Shown here piece after piece: positions 10,179 to 20,363 of a stretch of DNA of 52,458 bases (its first letter is position 1; each line of letters starts with the position of its first letter). The stretch lies in contig JAMOVG010000115.1 of assembly GCA_027061725.1 (NCBI GenBank), positions 1 to 52,458 of the forward strand. The letters run 5' to 3'. The stretch is from Desulfobacteraceae bacterium (lineage in GTDB: Bacteria > Desulfobacterota > Desulfobacteria > Desulfobacterales > JALSRD01). Below the pieces are notes generated by a model. It saw nothing but the letters and a program-made list of their open reading frames with translations. It was not told the origin of the DNA and made no database searches. The translations under genes were made by a program, and so were the position numbers.

Positions 10179-10197
10179 AGGGGTTTCACCCCTTTTT
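10179..10197 (+). terminator. Putative intrinsic terminator/attenuator before the PRTase gene
   Basis: AGGGGT-TTC-ACCCCT stem followed by TTTT. Confidence 0.5.
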
Positions 10198-10234
10198 CAA
10201 GGTACCCCTGGACAAAGGCAATAACTATATCGGT

Positions 10235-10888
10235 ATGAACAACTACTTACCGGAAAAGATGGAATCGGGGACCAAGCATGTTCTCCATGTACAGGGCCTG
10301 GACTACGGTATTCCGTTGCCTTTGGTGGAGCTTACTAGTGGTGGCCGGCGACTGCGCATCGCATCGCTGAACCTGGTGGGTTGCATCCGCCTCAATCACG
10401 ACTTGGGGCGCATGCTGGCCGCCCGCATTCGGGAACACCTGGCCGATCCCGAGGGTGTGGTGATCCTGACGGCCGTGGAAAAGGCCCTGCAGCTGGTTCA
10501 GGTGGTGGCCCGGGAGCTGGGCGTGGAGGCCGTGGCCGTGGCCTACAACCGGGTCAAGCCCCACATGCAGCCCGACCGCCGCCCCCTGGCACAGATCGGC
10601 AGCGGATCGATCACCAGCGGGGAAAAGACGCTGGTGATGTACGAGCGCGACATCCACCTGCTGGCAACAGCCCGGCGCGGCGTCGTGATCGTCGACGACG
10701 TGGTCAGCACCGGTGAGACGGTGCGCGGCCTGCTGCGGCTGGTGGCGCAGGCCTCCCAACGGGGCGGCTTTGCCGAACCGCCGCTGCTGGGCGTCTTCTG
10801 CGCGGCCTGCGAGGGGACGCCCCCGGCGCTGGGGGTGCCGGTGGTGCACCTGGCCGAACTGCCCCCGCCCGAAGAGCTCTCGGACTGA
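10235..10888 (+). CDS. Type I phosphoribosyltransferase (adenine PRTase-like)
   Basis: PRPP-binding loop VVIVDDVVSTGET; SITSG flexible loop; purine-transport context. Confidence 0.8.
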   Translation: MNNYLPEKMESGTKHVLHVQGLDYGIPLPLVELTSGGRRLRIASLNLVGCIRLNHDLGRMLAARIREHLADPEGVVILTAVEKALQLVQVVARELGVEAVAVAYNRVKPHMQPDRRPLAQIGSGSITSGEKTLVMYERDIHLLATARRGVVIVDDVVSTGETVRGLLRLVAQASQRGGFAEPPLLGVFCAACEGTPPALGVPVVHLAELPPPEELSD

Positions 10889-10894
10889 CCGCCC

Positions 10895-12418
10895 ATGGAA
10901 AACGGCCCGCCTTCCGATCCCGTCCTCCGCCTCTCGGGCATCTGCAAGTCCTTCGGAGCCACCGAGGCCAACCGCGACATCGACCTGGACGTCTTTGCCG
11001 GCGAGATCCACGCCATCCTGGGGGAAAACGGCGCCGGCAAGAGCACCCTGATGTCCATCCTGGCCGGCCGCTACCGGCCCGACCGCGGCACCATCCACCT
11101 CAAGGGCCGGCCCGTGCACTTCGCCAATCCGGCCCAGGCCCTGGCGGCCGGCATCGGCATGGTCTACCAGCGCTTCATGCTGGTGGAGAGCCTGACGGTC
11201 ACCGAAAATATCCTGCTGGGATTGGGCCGCGGGCGGCTGCGGCTGGACATGGCCCGCGCCGAGGGTGAAATCCGCGAATTCGCCGGGCGCTACGATCTGC
11301 AGATCGACCCCTCGCAGACCGTCTCGCGCCTGTCCATGGGCGAACGCCAGCGGGTGGAGATCCTCAAGCTGCTCTACCGGCGGGCGCAGATCCTGATCTT
11401 TGACGAACCCACGGCCGTGCTCTCTCCTCCGGAGATAGAGACCCTCTTCGGCATCCTGCGCCGGCTGCGGGACCTTGGCCACACCATCTTGTTCATCACC
11501 CACAAACTGGAAGAAGTCATGACGCTGGCGACGCGCATCTCCATCCTGCGGCGGGGTGAAATGGTGGGCTCTTTCGCCGCCGGACAAGTGCGTTCGCGGC
11601 GCGAGCTGGCCCGCCGGATGGTGGGCCGCGAGGTGCTGCTGGAGGTCGAACGCCCGGCGGTGACGCGCGGCGAGACGGTTTACGCCGTACGTGATCTTAC
11701 GGTGCAGGACGCGGCCGGTCGGCCGCTTTTCGAGGATGTCGCGCTTTCGGTGCGGCGCGGCGAGATCCTGGCGCTTACCGGCGTCGCCGGAAACGGCCAA
11801 GGGCCCCTGACGGCCGCCCTGGCCGGGCTGCTGCCGGACGTTTCCGGCCAGGTCGAATTTCTGGGCCGCACCTGGGCGGCTTCGCGCTGGCCGCGGGCGC
11901 CCCGCGGCGGGATGGTCTACATTCCCGAGGATCGGCACGCCACCGCCAGCGTGCCCGAGCTCTCGCTGGTGGACAACTTCCTGCTGACCCGCCTGGGGCG
12001 CTACCGGCGCGGGCCGCTGCTGGCGCTGTCGCAGGCGCGGCGGGAAACCGTCCGGGCTCTTGCGGCCTTTGACGTACGGGCGCCGGCGGGGCCGGACACC
12101 ACCGCGCGCCAGTTGTCCGGTGGCAACCTGCAGAAATTCGTCCTCAGCCGCGAACTGGCCGGACGGCCGGCATTGATCATCGCCGAGCAGCCCACCAGCG
12201 GCCTGGACATCGGCGCCACCGAGGAGGTCTGGCAGACGCTGCTGGCGCAGCGCCGCCACGCCGCCGTGCTGCTGGTGTCCGGCGATCTGCGCGAGGTGCT
12301 TTCCCTGGCCGACCGCGTGGCGGTCATGTTCCGCGGCCGGATCATCGAAACCGTATCGGCCCGCGACCCGCGGCAGGCGGCGCGGGTAGGCCTGCTCATG
12401 GCCGGCATCCGGGATTAG
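10895..12418 (+). CDS. CUT2-type ABC ATP-binding protein (two NBDs), copy 1
   Basis: [26 protein letters not shown], second NBD GVAGNGQ and LSGGNLQK. Confidence 0.95.
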   Translation: MENGPPSDPVLRLSGICKSFGATEANRDIDLDVFAGEIHAILGENGAGKSTLMSILAGRYRPDRGTIHLKGRPVHFANPAQALAAGIGMVYQRFMLVESLTVTENILLGLGRGRLRLDMARAEGEIREFAGRYDLQIDPSQTVSRLSMGERQRVEILKLLYRRAQILIFDEPTAVLSPPEIETLFGILRRLRDLGHTILFITHKLEEVMTLATRISILRRGEMVGSFAAGQVRSRRELARRMVGREVLLEVERPAVTRGETVYAVRDLTVQDAAGRPLFEDVALSVRRGEILALTGVAGNGQGPLTAALAGLLPDVSGQVEFLGRTWAASRWPRAPRGGMVYIPEDRHATASVPELSLVDNFLLTRLGRYRRGPLLALSQARRETVRALAAFDVRAPAGPDTTARQLSGGNLQKFVLSRELAGRPALIIAEQPTSGLDIGATEEVWQTLLAQRRHAAVLLVSGDLREVLSLADRVAVMFRGRIIETVSARDPRQAARVGLLMAGIRD

Positions 12419-12421
12419 GAC

Positions 12422-13480
12422 ATGGCGATCACCATTGAGGAAAAAACGTCCGCGCTGCACCCCCTGGCCACCACCGCCCTGGCGGTGGTGCCGGTCTTCC
12501 TGGTGGGCGCCGTGCTCTTCGCCCTGCTGGGAACCGACCCGCTGGAGGCCTACCGTGTCATGGTGGTGGGCGCCTTCGGCAGCTGGTTCGACTTTTCCGA
12601 GGTGCTGGTCAAGGCCATCCCGCTGATGCTGACGGGCCTCTCCGTGGCGGTGGCGGCGCGCATGCTGCTGTGGAACATCGGCGCCGAGGGACAGCTGGTG
12701 TTCGGGGGCATCTTCGCGGCCGGTACGGCCCTTTTTTGGGCCCCGCACATGCCGCCGGCGCTGGTCATCCCGGCCCTGGTGGCGGCCGGTTTCGCCGGCG
12801 GCGCCCTGTGGGCCCTGGTGCCGGCGGTGCTCAAGGCGCGCTGGAACGTCAACGAGATCATCACCACCCTGATGTTCAACTACGTGGCCATCATCTTCAT
12901 GGAGCACCTCTACTTCGGCCCCTGGCGCGACCCCATGGGCATGGGCTTTCCCGGCACGGCCATGTTTAAACAGGTGGCCTGGCTGCCGCGCTTCTTCCAG
13001 ACCCGCATCCACCTGGGGCTCTTCATCGCCCTGGCGGCCGCCGCGCTGCTGTATTTCGCCCTGAAATACACCCCCTGGGGCTACCGCGTGCGGGTCATCG
13101 GGCTGAGCGACCGTGCGGCGCGCTACGCGGGATTCGCTTTCGGCCGCCAGCAGGTGATGGTGATGCTGCTCAGCGGCGGGCTGGCCGGACTGGCCGGCAT
13201 GGGCGAAGTGTGCGGCATCCACATGCGCCTGCAGCAGGGCCTGGCCGTGGGCTACGGCTACGACGGTATCATCATCGCCTTCCTGGCGCGCCTCAACCCG
13301 GCGGCCGTGCCGGTGGCGGCGGTGCTGCTGGCGGGCCTCATCGTGGGCGGCGAGCAGCTGCAGACCGCCACGCACCTGCCGGCCTCCATCAGCCTGGTGC
13401 TGGAAGGCGCCCTGCTGCTGGCCATACTGGGGGCTTCCTTTTTCAACCGCTACCGCCTCCGCCGCACCCGGAGCCGCTGA
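12422..13480 (+). CDS. Nucleoside ABC transporter permease
   Basis: WNIGAEGQ, NEIITTLM, AARYAG, GYGYDGI; multi-TM. Confidence 0.92.
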   Translation: MAITIEEKTSALHPLATTALAVVPVFLVGAVLFALLGTDPLEAYRVMVVGAFGSWFDFSEVLVKAIPLMLTGLSVAVAARMLLWNIGAEGQLVFGGIFAAGTALFWAPHMPPALVIPALVAAGFAGGALWALVPAVLKARWNVNEIITTLMFNYVAIIFMEHLYFGPWRDPMGMGFPGTAMFKQVAWLPRFFQTRIHLGLFIALAAAALLYFALKYTPWGYRVRVIGLSDRAARYAGFAFGRQQVMVMLLSGGLAGLAGMGEVCGIHMRLQQGLAVGYGYDGIIIAFLARLNPAAVPVAAVLLAGLIVGGEQLQTATHLPASISLVLEGALLLAILGASFFNRYRLRRTRSR

Positions 13481-13481
13481 C

Positions 13482-14402
13482 ATGGACGACCTGATCTTCA
13501 TTCTCGCCATTACCCTGAAGTCCAGCATCCCGGTGCTGCTGGCCAGCCTGGGCGAGATCATCACCGAGCGCAGCGGCATCCTCAACCTGGGCGTCGAGGG
13601 CATGATGCTGGTGGGGGCGCTGGCCGGCTTCGTGGTGGGCCAGCAGAGCGGGTCGCTGCTGCTGGGCTTCGGCGGTGCCATGGCGGCCGGCATGCTGCTG
13701 GCGCTGGTGCACGCCTTTTTCTGCATCCACCTGCGGGCCAGCCAGGTCATCAGCGGGCTGGCCGTCACCATTCTGGCCACCGGCCTGTCCAGTTTCCTGG
13801 GACGGCCCTTTATCGGGCGCGTGGGCATCCACCTGGGCAGCCTGCCCGTGGGTCCCCTGGCGGAGGTACCGCTTGTGGGGCCGGTGCTGGCCCAGCAGAA
13901 CTGGCTCTGCCTGGCGGCCCTGGCGCTGGTGCCGCTGACGGCCTGGGCACTGGCCGGCAGCTGGCCGGGGCTTTCCATCCGTGCCGTGGGCGAAGACCCC
14001 GAGGCCGCCGACGCCGCCGGCGTTCCCGTGGCCCCCATCCGCTACGCCTGCACCCTGTTCGGCGGCCTGCTGGCCGGCCTTGGCGGGGCTTACCTCTCGC
14101 TGGTGTACACCCCCGGCTGGAAGGAGGGCATGACCGGTGGGCAGGGCTGGATCGCCATCGCCATGGTGATCTTCGCCACCTGGCGCCCGGGCCGGGCGCT
14201 GTTGGGGGCGCTGCTCTTCGGGGGGCTCACGGCGCTGCAGTTCTACTTTCAGGCCACGGGCGCCGAACTGGTGCCGGCCTGGATCCTGCGCCTGCTGCCC
14301 TACCTGCTGACCGTGGGTATATTGTTTCTGGTAACGGTGCTCAAGCGCACGCGTTTCGGCGCCGCGCCGGCCGCCCTGGGCCAGCCCTTCTTCCGGGGCT
14401 AA
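13482..14402 (+). CDS. Nucleoside ABC transporter permease
   Basis: LGEIITERSGILNLGVEGMM, RAVGEDP, GQGWIAIA, LPY, PAALGQP. Confidence 0.92.
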   Translation: MDDLIFILAITLKSSIPVLLASLGEIITERSGILNLGVEGMMLVGALAGFVVGQQSGSLLLGFGGAMAAGMLLALVHAFFCIHLRASQVISGLAVTILATGLSSFLGRPFIGRVGIHLGSLPVGPLAEVPLVGPVLAQQNWLCLAALALVPLTAWALAGSWPGLSIRAVGEDPEAADAAGVPVAPIRYACTLFGGLLAGLGGAYLSLVYTPGWKEGMTGGQGWIAIAMVIFATWRPGRALLGALLFGGLTALQFYFQATGAELVPAWILRLLPYLLTVGILFLVTVLKRTRFGAAPAALGQPFFRG

Positions 14403-14417
14403 AATCCTCTTTTACGA

Positions 14418-14446
14418 TTGCCAATTTTTCCGTAATAAGGTATAAG
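14418..14446 (+). promoter_or_regulatory. Putative sigma70 promoter for the second BMP-ABC unit
   Basis: TTGCCA-17bp-TATAAG, then AGGAGG RBS before ATG 14479. Confidence 0.65.
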
Positions 14447-14478
14447 ACATTTTATTTTAATAAATTCAGGAGGATAAA

Positions 14479-15543
14479 ATGAAAAAAGTTCTTTCGGTAA
14501 TGGCGACGGCTCTTCTGCTGGTAACCTTCTGCGGCGGCATGGCGGCCGCCAAGGACTTCCAGGTGGGCTTCGTGTACGTCTCGCCCATCGGGGATGCCGG
14601 CTGGTCCTGGGCCCACGACCAGGGCCGGAAGGCGCTGGACAAGATGCCGGGCGTCAAGACCTCCTTCGTCGAATCGGTGCCCGAGGGCCAGGACGCCGAG
14701 CGCGTCATCCTCAACATGGCACGCAAAGGCTACCGCATTATCTTCGCCACCAGCTACGGCTACATGGACCCCATGCTCAAGGTGGCCAAGAAGTTCCCCA
14801 AGACCGTCTTCATGCACTGTTCGGGTTTCAAGACCGCCAAAAACATGGGCAATTATTTCGGCCGCATGTATCAGGCCCGCTTTCTCACCGGCATGGTGGC
14901 CGGCGCCATGACCAAGAGCAACATCATCGGCTACGTGGCGGCCTTCCCCATCCCCGAGGTCATCCGCGGCATTAACGCTTTCGCCCTGGGCGTGCAGAGC
15001 GTAAATCCCAAGGCCCAGGTGCGCGTGGTGTGGACCAAGACCTGGTACGACCCGGCCACCGAGAAGGAAGCCGCCAAGAGCCTGCTGGACGTGGGCGCCG
15101 ATGTCCTCACCCAGCACCAGGATTCCCCAGCCACCCAAGAGGCCGCCCAGGAGAAAGGCGCTTACTCCATCGGCTACAACTCTGACATGTCTAAATTCGC
15201 CCCCAAGGCCCACCTGGTGGCCGCGGTCTGGAACTGGAGCCCCTTCTACCGCTACATCGTCGAGCAGGTGGAAAAAGGCACCTGGAAGGCCAAGGCCTAC
15301 TGGTGGGGAATCGACAAGGGCATCGTGAACATCTCGCCCATGGGGCCCATGGTTCCCCAGGCCGTGAAAGACAAGGTGCTGGCCGCCAAGAAAGACCTGA
15401 TTTCCGGGAAGCTGAAGGTCTTTGCCGGCCCCGTAGCCGACCAGAAGGGGGATACCAAGATCGCCGACGGCAAGGTGGCCTCGGACAAGGAACTGCTCGG
15501 CATGACATGGTTCGTCAAGGGCGTCGTCGGGTCCACCCAGTAA
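14479..15543 (+). CDS. BMP-family (purine nucleoside) ABC transporter substrate-binding protein, copy 2
   Basis: Signal peptide; VGFVYVSPIGDAGWSWAHD, IPEVIRGINAF, TWYDP, QHQDSP, M.WFVKGV. Confidence 0.93.
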   Translation: MKKVLSVMATALLLVTFCGGMAAAKDFQVGFVYVSPIGDAGWSWAHDQGRKALDKMPGVKTSFVESVPEGQDAERVILNMARKGYRIIFATSYGYMDPMLKVAKKFPKTVFMHCSGFKTAKNMGNYFGRMYQARFLTGMVAGAMTKSNIIGYVAAFPIPEVIRGINAFALGVQSVNPKAQVRVVWTKTWYDPATEKEAAKSLLDVGADVLTQHQDSPATQEAAQEKGAYSIGYNSDMSKFAPKAHLVAAVWNWSPFYRYIVEQVEKGTWKAKAYWWGIDKGIVNISPMGPMVPQAVKDKVLAAKKDLISGKLKVFAGPVADQKGDTKIADGKVASDKELLGMTWFVKGVVGSTQ

Positions 15544-15554
15544 AGCGGCATGCA

Positions 15555-15595
15555 CCGTCACCGGGTACGGCGCGCTGCCGTGGACCCGGTGACGG
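15555..15595 (+). other. Strong GC-rich stem-loop after the second BMP gene
   Basis: CCGTCACCGGGT-ACGGC-gcgct-GCCGT-gg-ACCCGGTGACGG; no U-tract. Confidence 0.65.
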
Positions 15596-15696
15596 ACACC
15601 CCCCGCCACGGCGCCCGCAGGATGGAGCGATCACCGCAGCCGCCGTGGACATTCCTCTGTTCCCCCCGGGGACGATAGCGCGGCAGGGCATCCGGC

Positions 15697-16764
15697 ATGG
15701 CCATTTCCCTGAGAATCCGAAAACGACAGACCCCCTTGAAATTGCAGTCGGGACTCGTGCTGGCGGGGGCGCTGGTACTTTCGCTGGCGCTCAGCGCCCT
15801 GCTGCTCAAGCTCCAGGGCAAACCGGCCGGGCAGGCCATGCTGGTCATCTTTCAGGGGGCCTTCGGCTCGCTGTGGGCCCTGGAGGACAGCCTCATCAAG
15901 GCGGTGCCCATCTTCCTGTGCTCGTTGGGCGTGGCGGTGGCCTTCCGCCTGCAGATCTGGAACATCGGCGCCGAGGGGCAGTACGCCCTGGGGGCCGTGG
16001 GCGCCTCGTGGGTGGCGCTGAGCTTTCCATCGCTGCCCTGGTACCTGCTGCAGCCGCTCATGCTGGCAGCCGCATCGGTGACCGGCGGCCTGTGGGGGCT
16101 GATCCCGGCGGTGCTCAAGCTGCGCATGCGCACCAACGAGATCATCGTCACCCTGATGCTCAACTACATCGCCATCCTCTTCCTGGACTACCTGGTCTAC
16201 GGCCCCTGGAAAGATCCGCGCAGCTTCGGTTTTCCCATGACGCGCCAGTTCGACACGGCCGCCGTGGTGTCCAAGATCGGCGAGAGCAACCTGAACTGGG
16301 GCATCCTGGTGTGCGTGGCGGCGGGCGTTATTTTCTGGATTTTCTTCCGTTTCACGCGCTATGGCTACGAGATCAAGGCCGGCGGTGAAAACATCCGCGC
16401 GGCGCGCTATGCCCGCATCCCCTACGACTACCTGGTGATGCTGGTGATGGTGCTCTCCGGCGCCCTGGCCGGCTGGGCCGGGTTCCTGGAGGTGTCGGCC
16501 ACGGTCAACCGGCTGGAGCCCTCCATCATGGTGGGCTACGGCTACACCGCCATCGTGGTGGCTTGGCTGGCGCGGCTCAACCCGCTGTTCATCGGGGTGG
16601 CCTCGCTGCTGCTGGCCGGGCTGCGGGTGGGCGTCGAGCAGCTGCAGCTGGACTTCCAGGTGCCGGCGGCCTTTGGACAGATCATGGAGGGCCTGATCCT
16701 GCTCACCGTACTGGCGGGCGGTTTTTTCGTCAACTACCGATTCTACCTTGGAAAAAAGGACTGA
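15697..16764 (+). CDS. Nucleoside ABC transporter permease
   Basis: WNIGAEGQ, NEIIVTLMLNY, AARYA, GYGYTAI. Confidence 0.92.
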   Translation: MAISLRIRKRQTPLKLQSGLVLAGALVLSLALSALLLKLQGKPAGQAMLVIFQGAFGSLWALEDSLIKAVPIFLCSLGVAVAFRLQIWNIGAEGQYALGAVGASWVALSFPSLPWYLLQPLMLAAASVTGGLWGLIPAVLKLRMRTNEIIVTLMLNYIAILFLDYLVYGPWKDPRSFGFPMTRQFDTAAVVSKIGESNLNWGILVCVAAGVIFWIFFRFTRYGYEIKAGGENIRAARYARIPYDYLVMLVMVLSGALAGWAGFLEVSATVNRLEPSIMVGYGYTAIVVAWLARLNPLFIGVASLLLAGLRVGVEQLQLDFQVPAAFGQIMEGLILLTVLAGGFFVNYRFYLGKKD

Positions 16765-17681
16765 TGGACGGCTTCACCATATCCCTTCTGGCAGCCGCGG
16801 TGCAGTCCGGTACGCCCATTTTATACGCCACCCTGGGCGAAATCCTAACGGAAAAATCCGGGATTCTCAACCTGGGGGTGGAGGGCATCATGATGGTGGG
16901 TGCCCTAGCGGCTTTTCTTACAGCCCTGACCACCGGCAGCCCGGCCCTGGGGTTCGCCGTGGGCGGCCTGGCCGGCGCACTGCTGGCCGGAGTCCACGCC
17001 GCCGTGTGCCTCGGTTTCCAGGGCAACCAGGTGGTCTCCGGCCTAGCCTTGACCATCCTCGGAACCGGTCTGGCCAACTTTCTGGGCACACCCTTCGTGG
17101 GCAAAAGCGGACCAGGCTTTACGGCTCTGCCCATCCCCGGGCTGGCCGATCTGCCGCTGCTGGGCCCCATCTTTTTCCGCCAGGACGTGCTGGTATACCT
17201 CTCCTACTTGGCGGTGCCGCTGCTATGGCTCTTTCTTCGCAACACCCGCTGGGGACTGGACCTGCGCAGCGTGGGCGAAAACCCGGCTGCGGCGGCCGCC
17301 AACGGCCTCAACGTGGTGGGCTGGCGCTGGATCGGCACCATGGCCGGCGGGTTCCTGACCGGCCTGGGCGGCGCTTACCTGTCGCTGGCCTACACCCACC
17401 TGTGGACCAACGGGCTCTCGGCCGGCCGGGGGTGGATCGCGGTAGCGCTGGTGATTTTCGCTTTCTGGCGGGCGGAGCGCGCCATGCTGGGGGCCTACCT
17501 GTTCGGCGGCGTGATGGCCTTCCAGTTGCGGCTGCAGGCCGCCGGAACACACCTGCCTTCGTCGCTGCTGCTCATGCTGCCCTACGCGTTGACCGTCATC
17601 GTGCTGGTGCTGGCCTCCTGGCGGCAGATGCGCAGCGCCATGCCCGCTGGCCTGGGCATCAACATCGAACCCCCTGATTAA
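16764..17681 (+). CDS. Nucleoside ABC transporter permease
   Basis: TGATG overlap start at 16764; LGEILTEKSGILNLGVEG, RSVGENP, GRGWIAVA, MLPY. Confidence 0.92.
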   Translation: MDGFTISLLAAAVQSGTPILYATLGEILTEKSGILNLGVEGIMMVGALAAFLTALTTGSPALGFAVGGLAGALLAGVHAAVCLGFQGNQVVSGLALTILGTGLANFLGTPFVGKSGPGFTALPIPGLADLPLLGPIFFRQDVLVYLSYLAVPLLWLFLRNTRWGLDLRSVGENPAAAAANGLNVVGWRWIGTMAGGFLTGLGGAYLSLAYTHLWTNGLSAGRGWIAVALVIFAFWRAERAMLGAYLFGGVMAFQLRLQAAGTHLPSSLLLMLPYALTVIVLVLASWRQMRSAMPAGLGINIEPPD

Positions 17682-17702
17682 AGACCTTACGGGAGACCCG
17701 GC

Positions 17703-18191
17703 ATGGCCGACAATCGCTACAACAAGACGTACCCGATTTCCTGGGAGCAGCTGCACCGCGACTCCAAGGCCCTGGCCTGGCGGCTGCTGGAGCTGGCCCC
17801 CTTCGAAGGCATCGTGGCGGTCACCCGCGGCGGGCTGGTGCCGGCCGCCATCGTGGCCCGTGAACTGGAAATCCGGCTGGTGGACACAGTCTGCATCTCG
17901 ACCTACGAGTGGCAGGACCAGCAGTCCGAAGCGAAAATCCTGAAACATTTCGATGTCGACAGCCATGGCTGGCTGATCATCGACGACCTGGTGGACACCG
18001 GCAAGACGGCCTCTATCGTGCGTGACATGGTGCCCCACGCCCACTTCGCCACGGTCTACGCCAAGCCAGCCGGAAGGCCCCTGGTGGACACCTACATCAC
18101 CGAAGTCAGCCAAGACACCTGGATTCTGTTTCCGTGGGACTCCGAGTCCCAGTTTGTCCAGCCCCTGGTAGGCCTGCAGCAGGAGAAATGA
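17703..18191 (+). CDS. gpt: Xanthine-guanine phosphoribosyltransferase
   Basis: [46 protein letters not shown]. Confidence 0.93.
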   Translation: MADNRYNKTYPISWEQLHRDSKALAWRLLELAPFEGIVAVTRGGLVPAAIVARELEIRLVDTVCISTYEWQDQQSEAKILKHFDVDSHGWLIIDDLVDTGKTASIVRDMVPHAHFATVYAKPAGRPLVDTYITEVSQDTWILFPWDSESQFVQPLVGLQQEK

Positions 18192-19705
18192 TGAGCAGTC
18201 CGCACCCCCCCCTGGTTCGCCTGGAAAAGATCAGCAAGTCTTTCGGGGACGTCCACGCCAACCGCGACATCGTCCTGGACATCCACGCCGGGCGCATCAA
18301 GGCCATCCTGGGGGAAAACGGCGCCGGCAAGAGCACCCTGATGGCCATGCTGGCCGGACAGCTGCAGCCCGACGGCGGCCGCATCCTGATCAACGGGCAG
18401 CCGGTGCGTTTCACCTCCACCCGACAGGCCATCCAGGCCGGCATCGGCATGGTCTACCAGCACTTCAAGCTGGTGGAAGCCATGACCGTGGCCGAGAACC
18501 TGTTCCTCAGCCAGGAAAAGGGGTTCTGGCTGAGCCACCGCCGGATGATGGAAAGAACCCGGCAGCTGGCGGCCCGCTACCACATGACCATCGACCCGGC
18601 CGCCAAGATCGACGACCTGTCCATGGGGGAGCGGCAGCGCGTGGAAATCCTCAAGCTGCTGCGCCGCCAGAGCCGCGTACTGATCTTCGACGAACCTACC
18701 GCCGTGCTGACCCCACCGGAAATCGAACAGCTCTTTCGCGCCCTGCGCGAGATGTCCCAGCAGGGCAAGGCCATCGTCTTCATCAGCCACAAGCTCGACG
18801 AGGTCATGGACGTGGCCGACGAGATCGCCATCCTGCGCAAGGGGCGCATCATCGACCAGCTGGACGTGGCCGAGGTGACCTCCAAAGCCGAACTGGCCCG
18901 TCGCATGGTGGGCAAAGAAGTTCTGCTGGAAGTCGACCGCAGGCCCTGCAAAACCGGAAACGTGCTGCTGGAGGCGGAAAACCTGTCGGGCGAGGGACTC
19001 GAGGGGGTAAGCCTGCAACTGTGCCGGGGGGAAATCTTGGGCATCGTGGGTGTGGCCGGCAACGGGCAGAAGTCGCTGGCCGAAATCATCTGCGGCCTGC
19101 AGCCGCCGGCGTCCGGCCGCGTGCGCATCCTGGGGTCAGACTGGAAGCGTTTCTACGCCACTCGCACCGACAAGAAAACCCTCAGCTATATTCCCGAGGA
19201 CCGCCAGGGCCTGGCCACCTGCCTGGCCATGAACCTGGTGGAAAACTTCCTCCTGACCACTCGCCTGACCTTCAGCCGCGGCGTTTGGCTGCAGCGGCAG
19301 CAGGCCCGCTCCCGCCTCCAGGGCCTGACCGGCGATTTTGACATTCAGCCGCCCAACGTGGACGCCACTGCCGGACAGCTGTCCGGCGGAAACCTGCAGA
19401 AACTGGTGCTGGCACGCGAGTTCTTCCGTGAGCCGCGGGTCATCGTGGCCGAACAGCCCACCCAGGGACTGGATGTGGCGGCCACAGAGGAGGTGTGGAA
19501 ACTGCTACTGGCGGCGCGCCAAAACGCCGGTATCCTGCTGATCACCGGGGACCTGGCCGAGGCGCTGGCGCTGTGCGACCGCGTGGCGGTCATGTTCGGC
19601 GGACGTATCGTGGATACCTTCCCCACCACCGACAGTGAAAAGGTGGAGCGCATCGGAATGATGATGGCGGGACTCGAGACGCCCGGGAAAGTCGCCGCAG
19701 GGTAG
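18188..19705 (+). CDS. CUT2-type ABC ATP-binding protein (two NBDs), copy 2
   Basis: ATGA overlap with the gpt stop; [30 protein letters not shown]. Confidence 0.95.
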   Translation: MMSSPHPPLVRLEKISKSFGDVHANRDIVLDIHAGRIKAILGENGAGKSTLMAMLAGQLQPDGGRILINGQPVRFTSTRQAIQAGIGMVYQHFKLVEAMTVAENLFLSQEKGFWLSHRRMMERTRQLAARYHMTIDPAAKIDDLSMGERQRVEILKLLRRQSRVLIFDEPTAVLTPPEIEQLFRALREMSQQGKAIVFISHKLDEVMDVADEIAILRKGRIIDQLDVAEVTSKAELARRMVGKEVLLEVDRRPCKTGNVLLEAENLSGEGLEGVSLQLCRGEILGIVGVAGNGQKSLAEIICGLQPPASGRVRILGSDWKRFYATRTDKKTLSYIPEDRQGLATCLAMNLVENFLLTTRLTFSRGVWLQRQQARSRLQGLTGDFDIQPPNVDATAGQLSGGNLQKLVLAREFFREPRVIVAEQPTQGLDVAATEEVWKLLLAARQNAGILLITGDLAEALALCDRVAVMFGGRIVDTFPTTDSEKVERIGMMMAGLETPGKVAAG

Positions 19706-19906
19706 CCGGCAATGGTAAGTTGCGGCCCTCTTTTTCTGCGCCGGAGTGTCTCCCGGCGTGCTTTTCACCTGCTCTGCGAAACCACCTGTCCGTATCCGCA
19801 AGCGTCCAGCCACTGCAACGCTTTGGCAACATTTTTATTGACTTAAAAAAAAATAAGCGTAATAGACGGGGTTTGTTTTGCACTTTAAACACAGGAGGGA
19901 ATCACA

Positions 19907-20308
19907 TTGACCGGGTTGGAAGCCATTTCCCACTACAATGGATGGGCCCAGGCCGTCGCCGGTATCCTAATCGTGATGGCCGGGTTGAGCGGCCTCTCGT
20001 TCGCCATTTCCCAACTCCACAAGGTGGCGGCCCTGCTCGAAGGCCGCAACAAAACGGCGAAAACTGGGGAGACCGTCCTGGTGCCCGAGGTGGAAACCAT
20101 CTCTGAACCGCCCGCCCACGACTTGGAAAAGACCATCGGCGCGTATGAGGAACTTGTCCGCCGGCTGGGGACGCCTTTCCAGCTGTCGGAACTCTACCGT
20201 CTATGCCAGGAACAGGGATTCACCCACCCCTATATGAGCATCAAGGCCCTGCAGGAAGCCGGGGTGCTGAAGCCCCTGGGCGACGGCGTCTTTACCTGGC
20301 AGGCCTGA
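19907..20308 (+). CDS. OadG-like (Na+-translocating decarboxylase gamma/delta subunit-like) membrane protein
   Basis: AGGAGG RBS then TTG start; single N-terminal TM (AGILIVMAGLSGL); directly upstream of a beta subunit. Confidence 0.65.
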   Translation: MTGLEAISHYNGWAQAVAGILIVMAGLSGLSFAISQLHKVAALLEGRNKTAKTGETVLVPEVETISEPPAHDLEKTIGAYEELVRRLGTPFQLSELYRLCQEQGFTHPYMSIKALQEAGVLKPLGDGVFTWQA

Positions 20309-20363
20309 CCATCATCGAAAATCCGATCTGTCACTTTTCTCAAACCAAGGAATTTTTCGAAAA

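Noticed and set aside
10247..14038. 1263-aa minus-strand ORF
   Set aside because: Antisense shadow of the PRTase and ABC genes in high-GC DNA; no recognisable motifs
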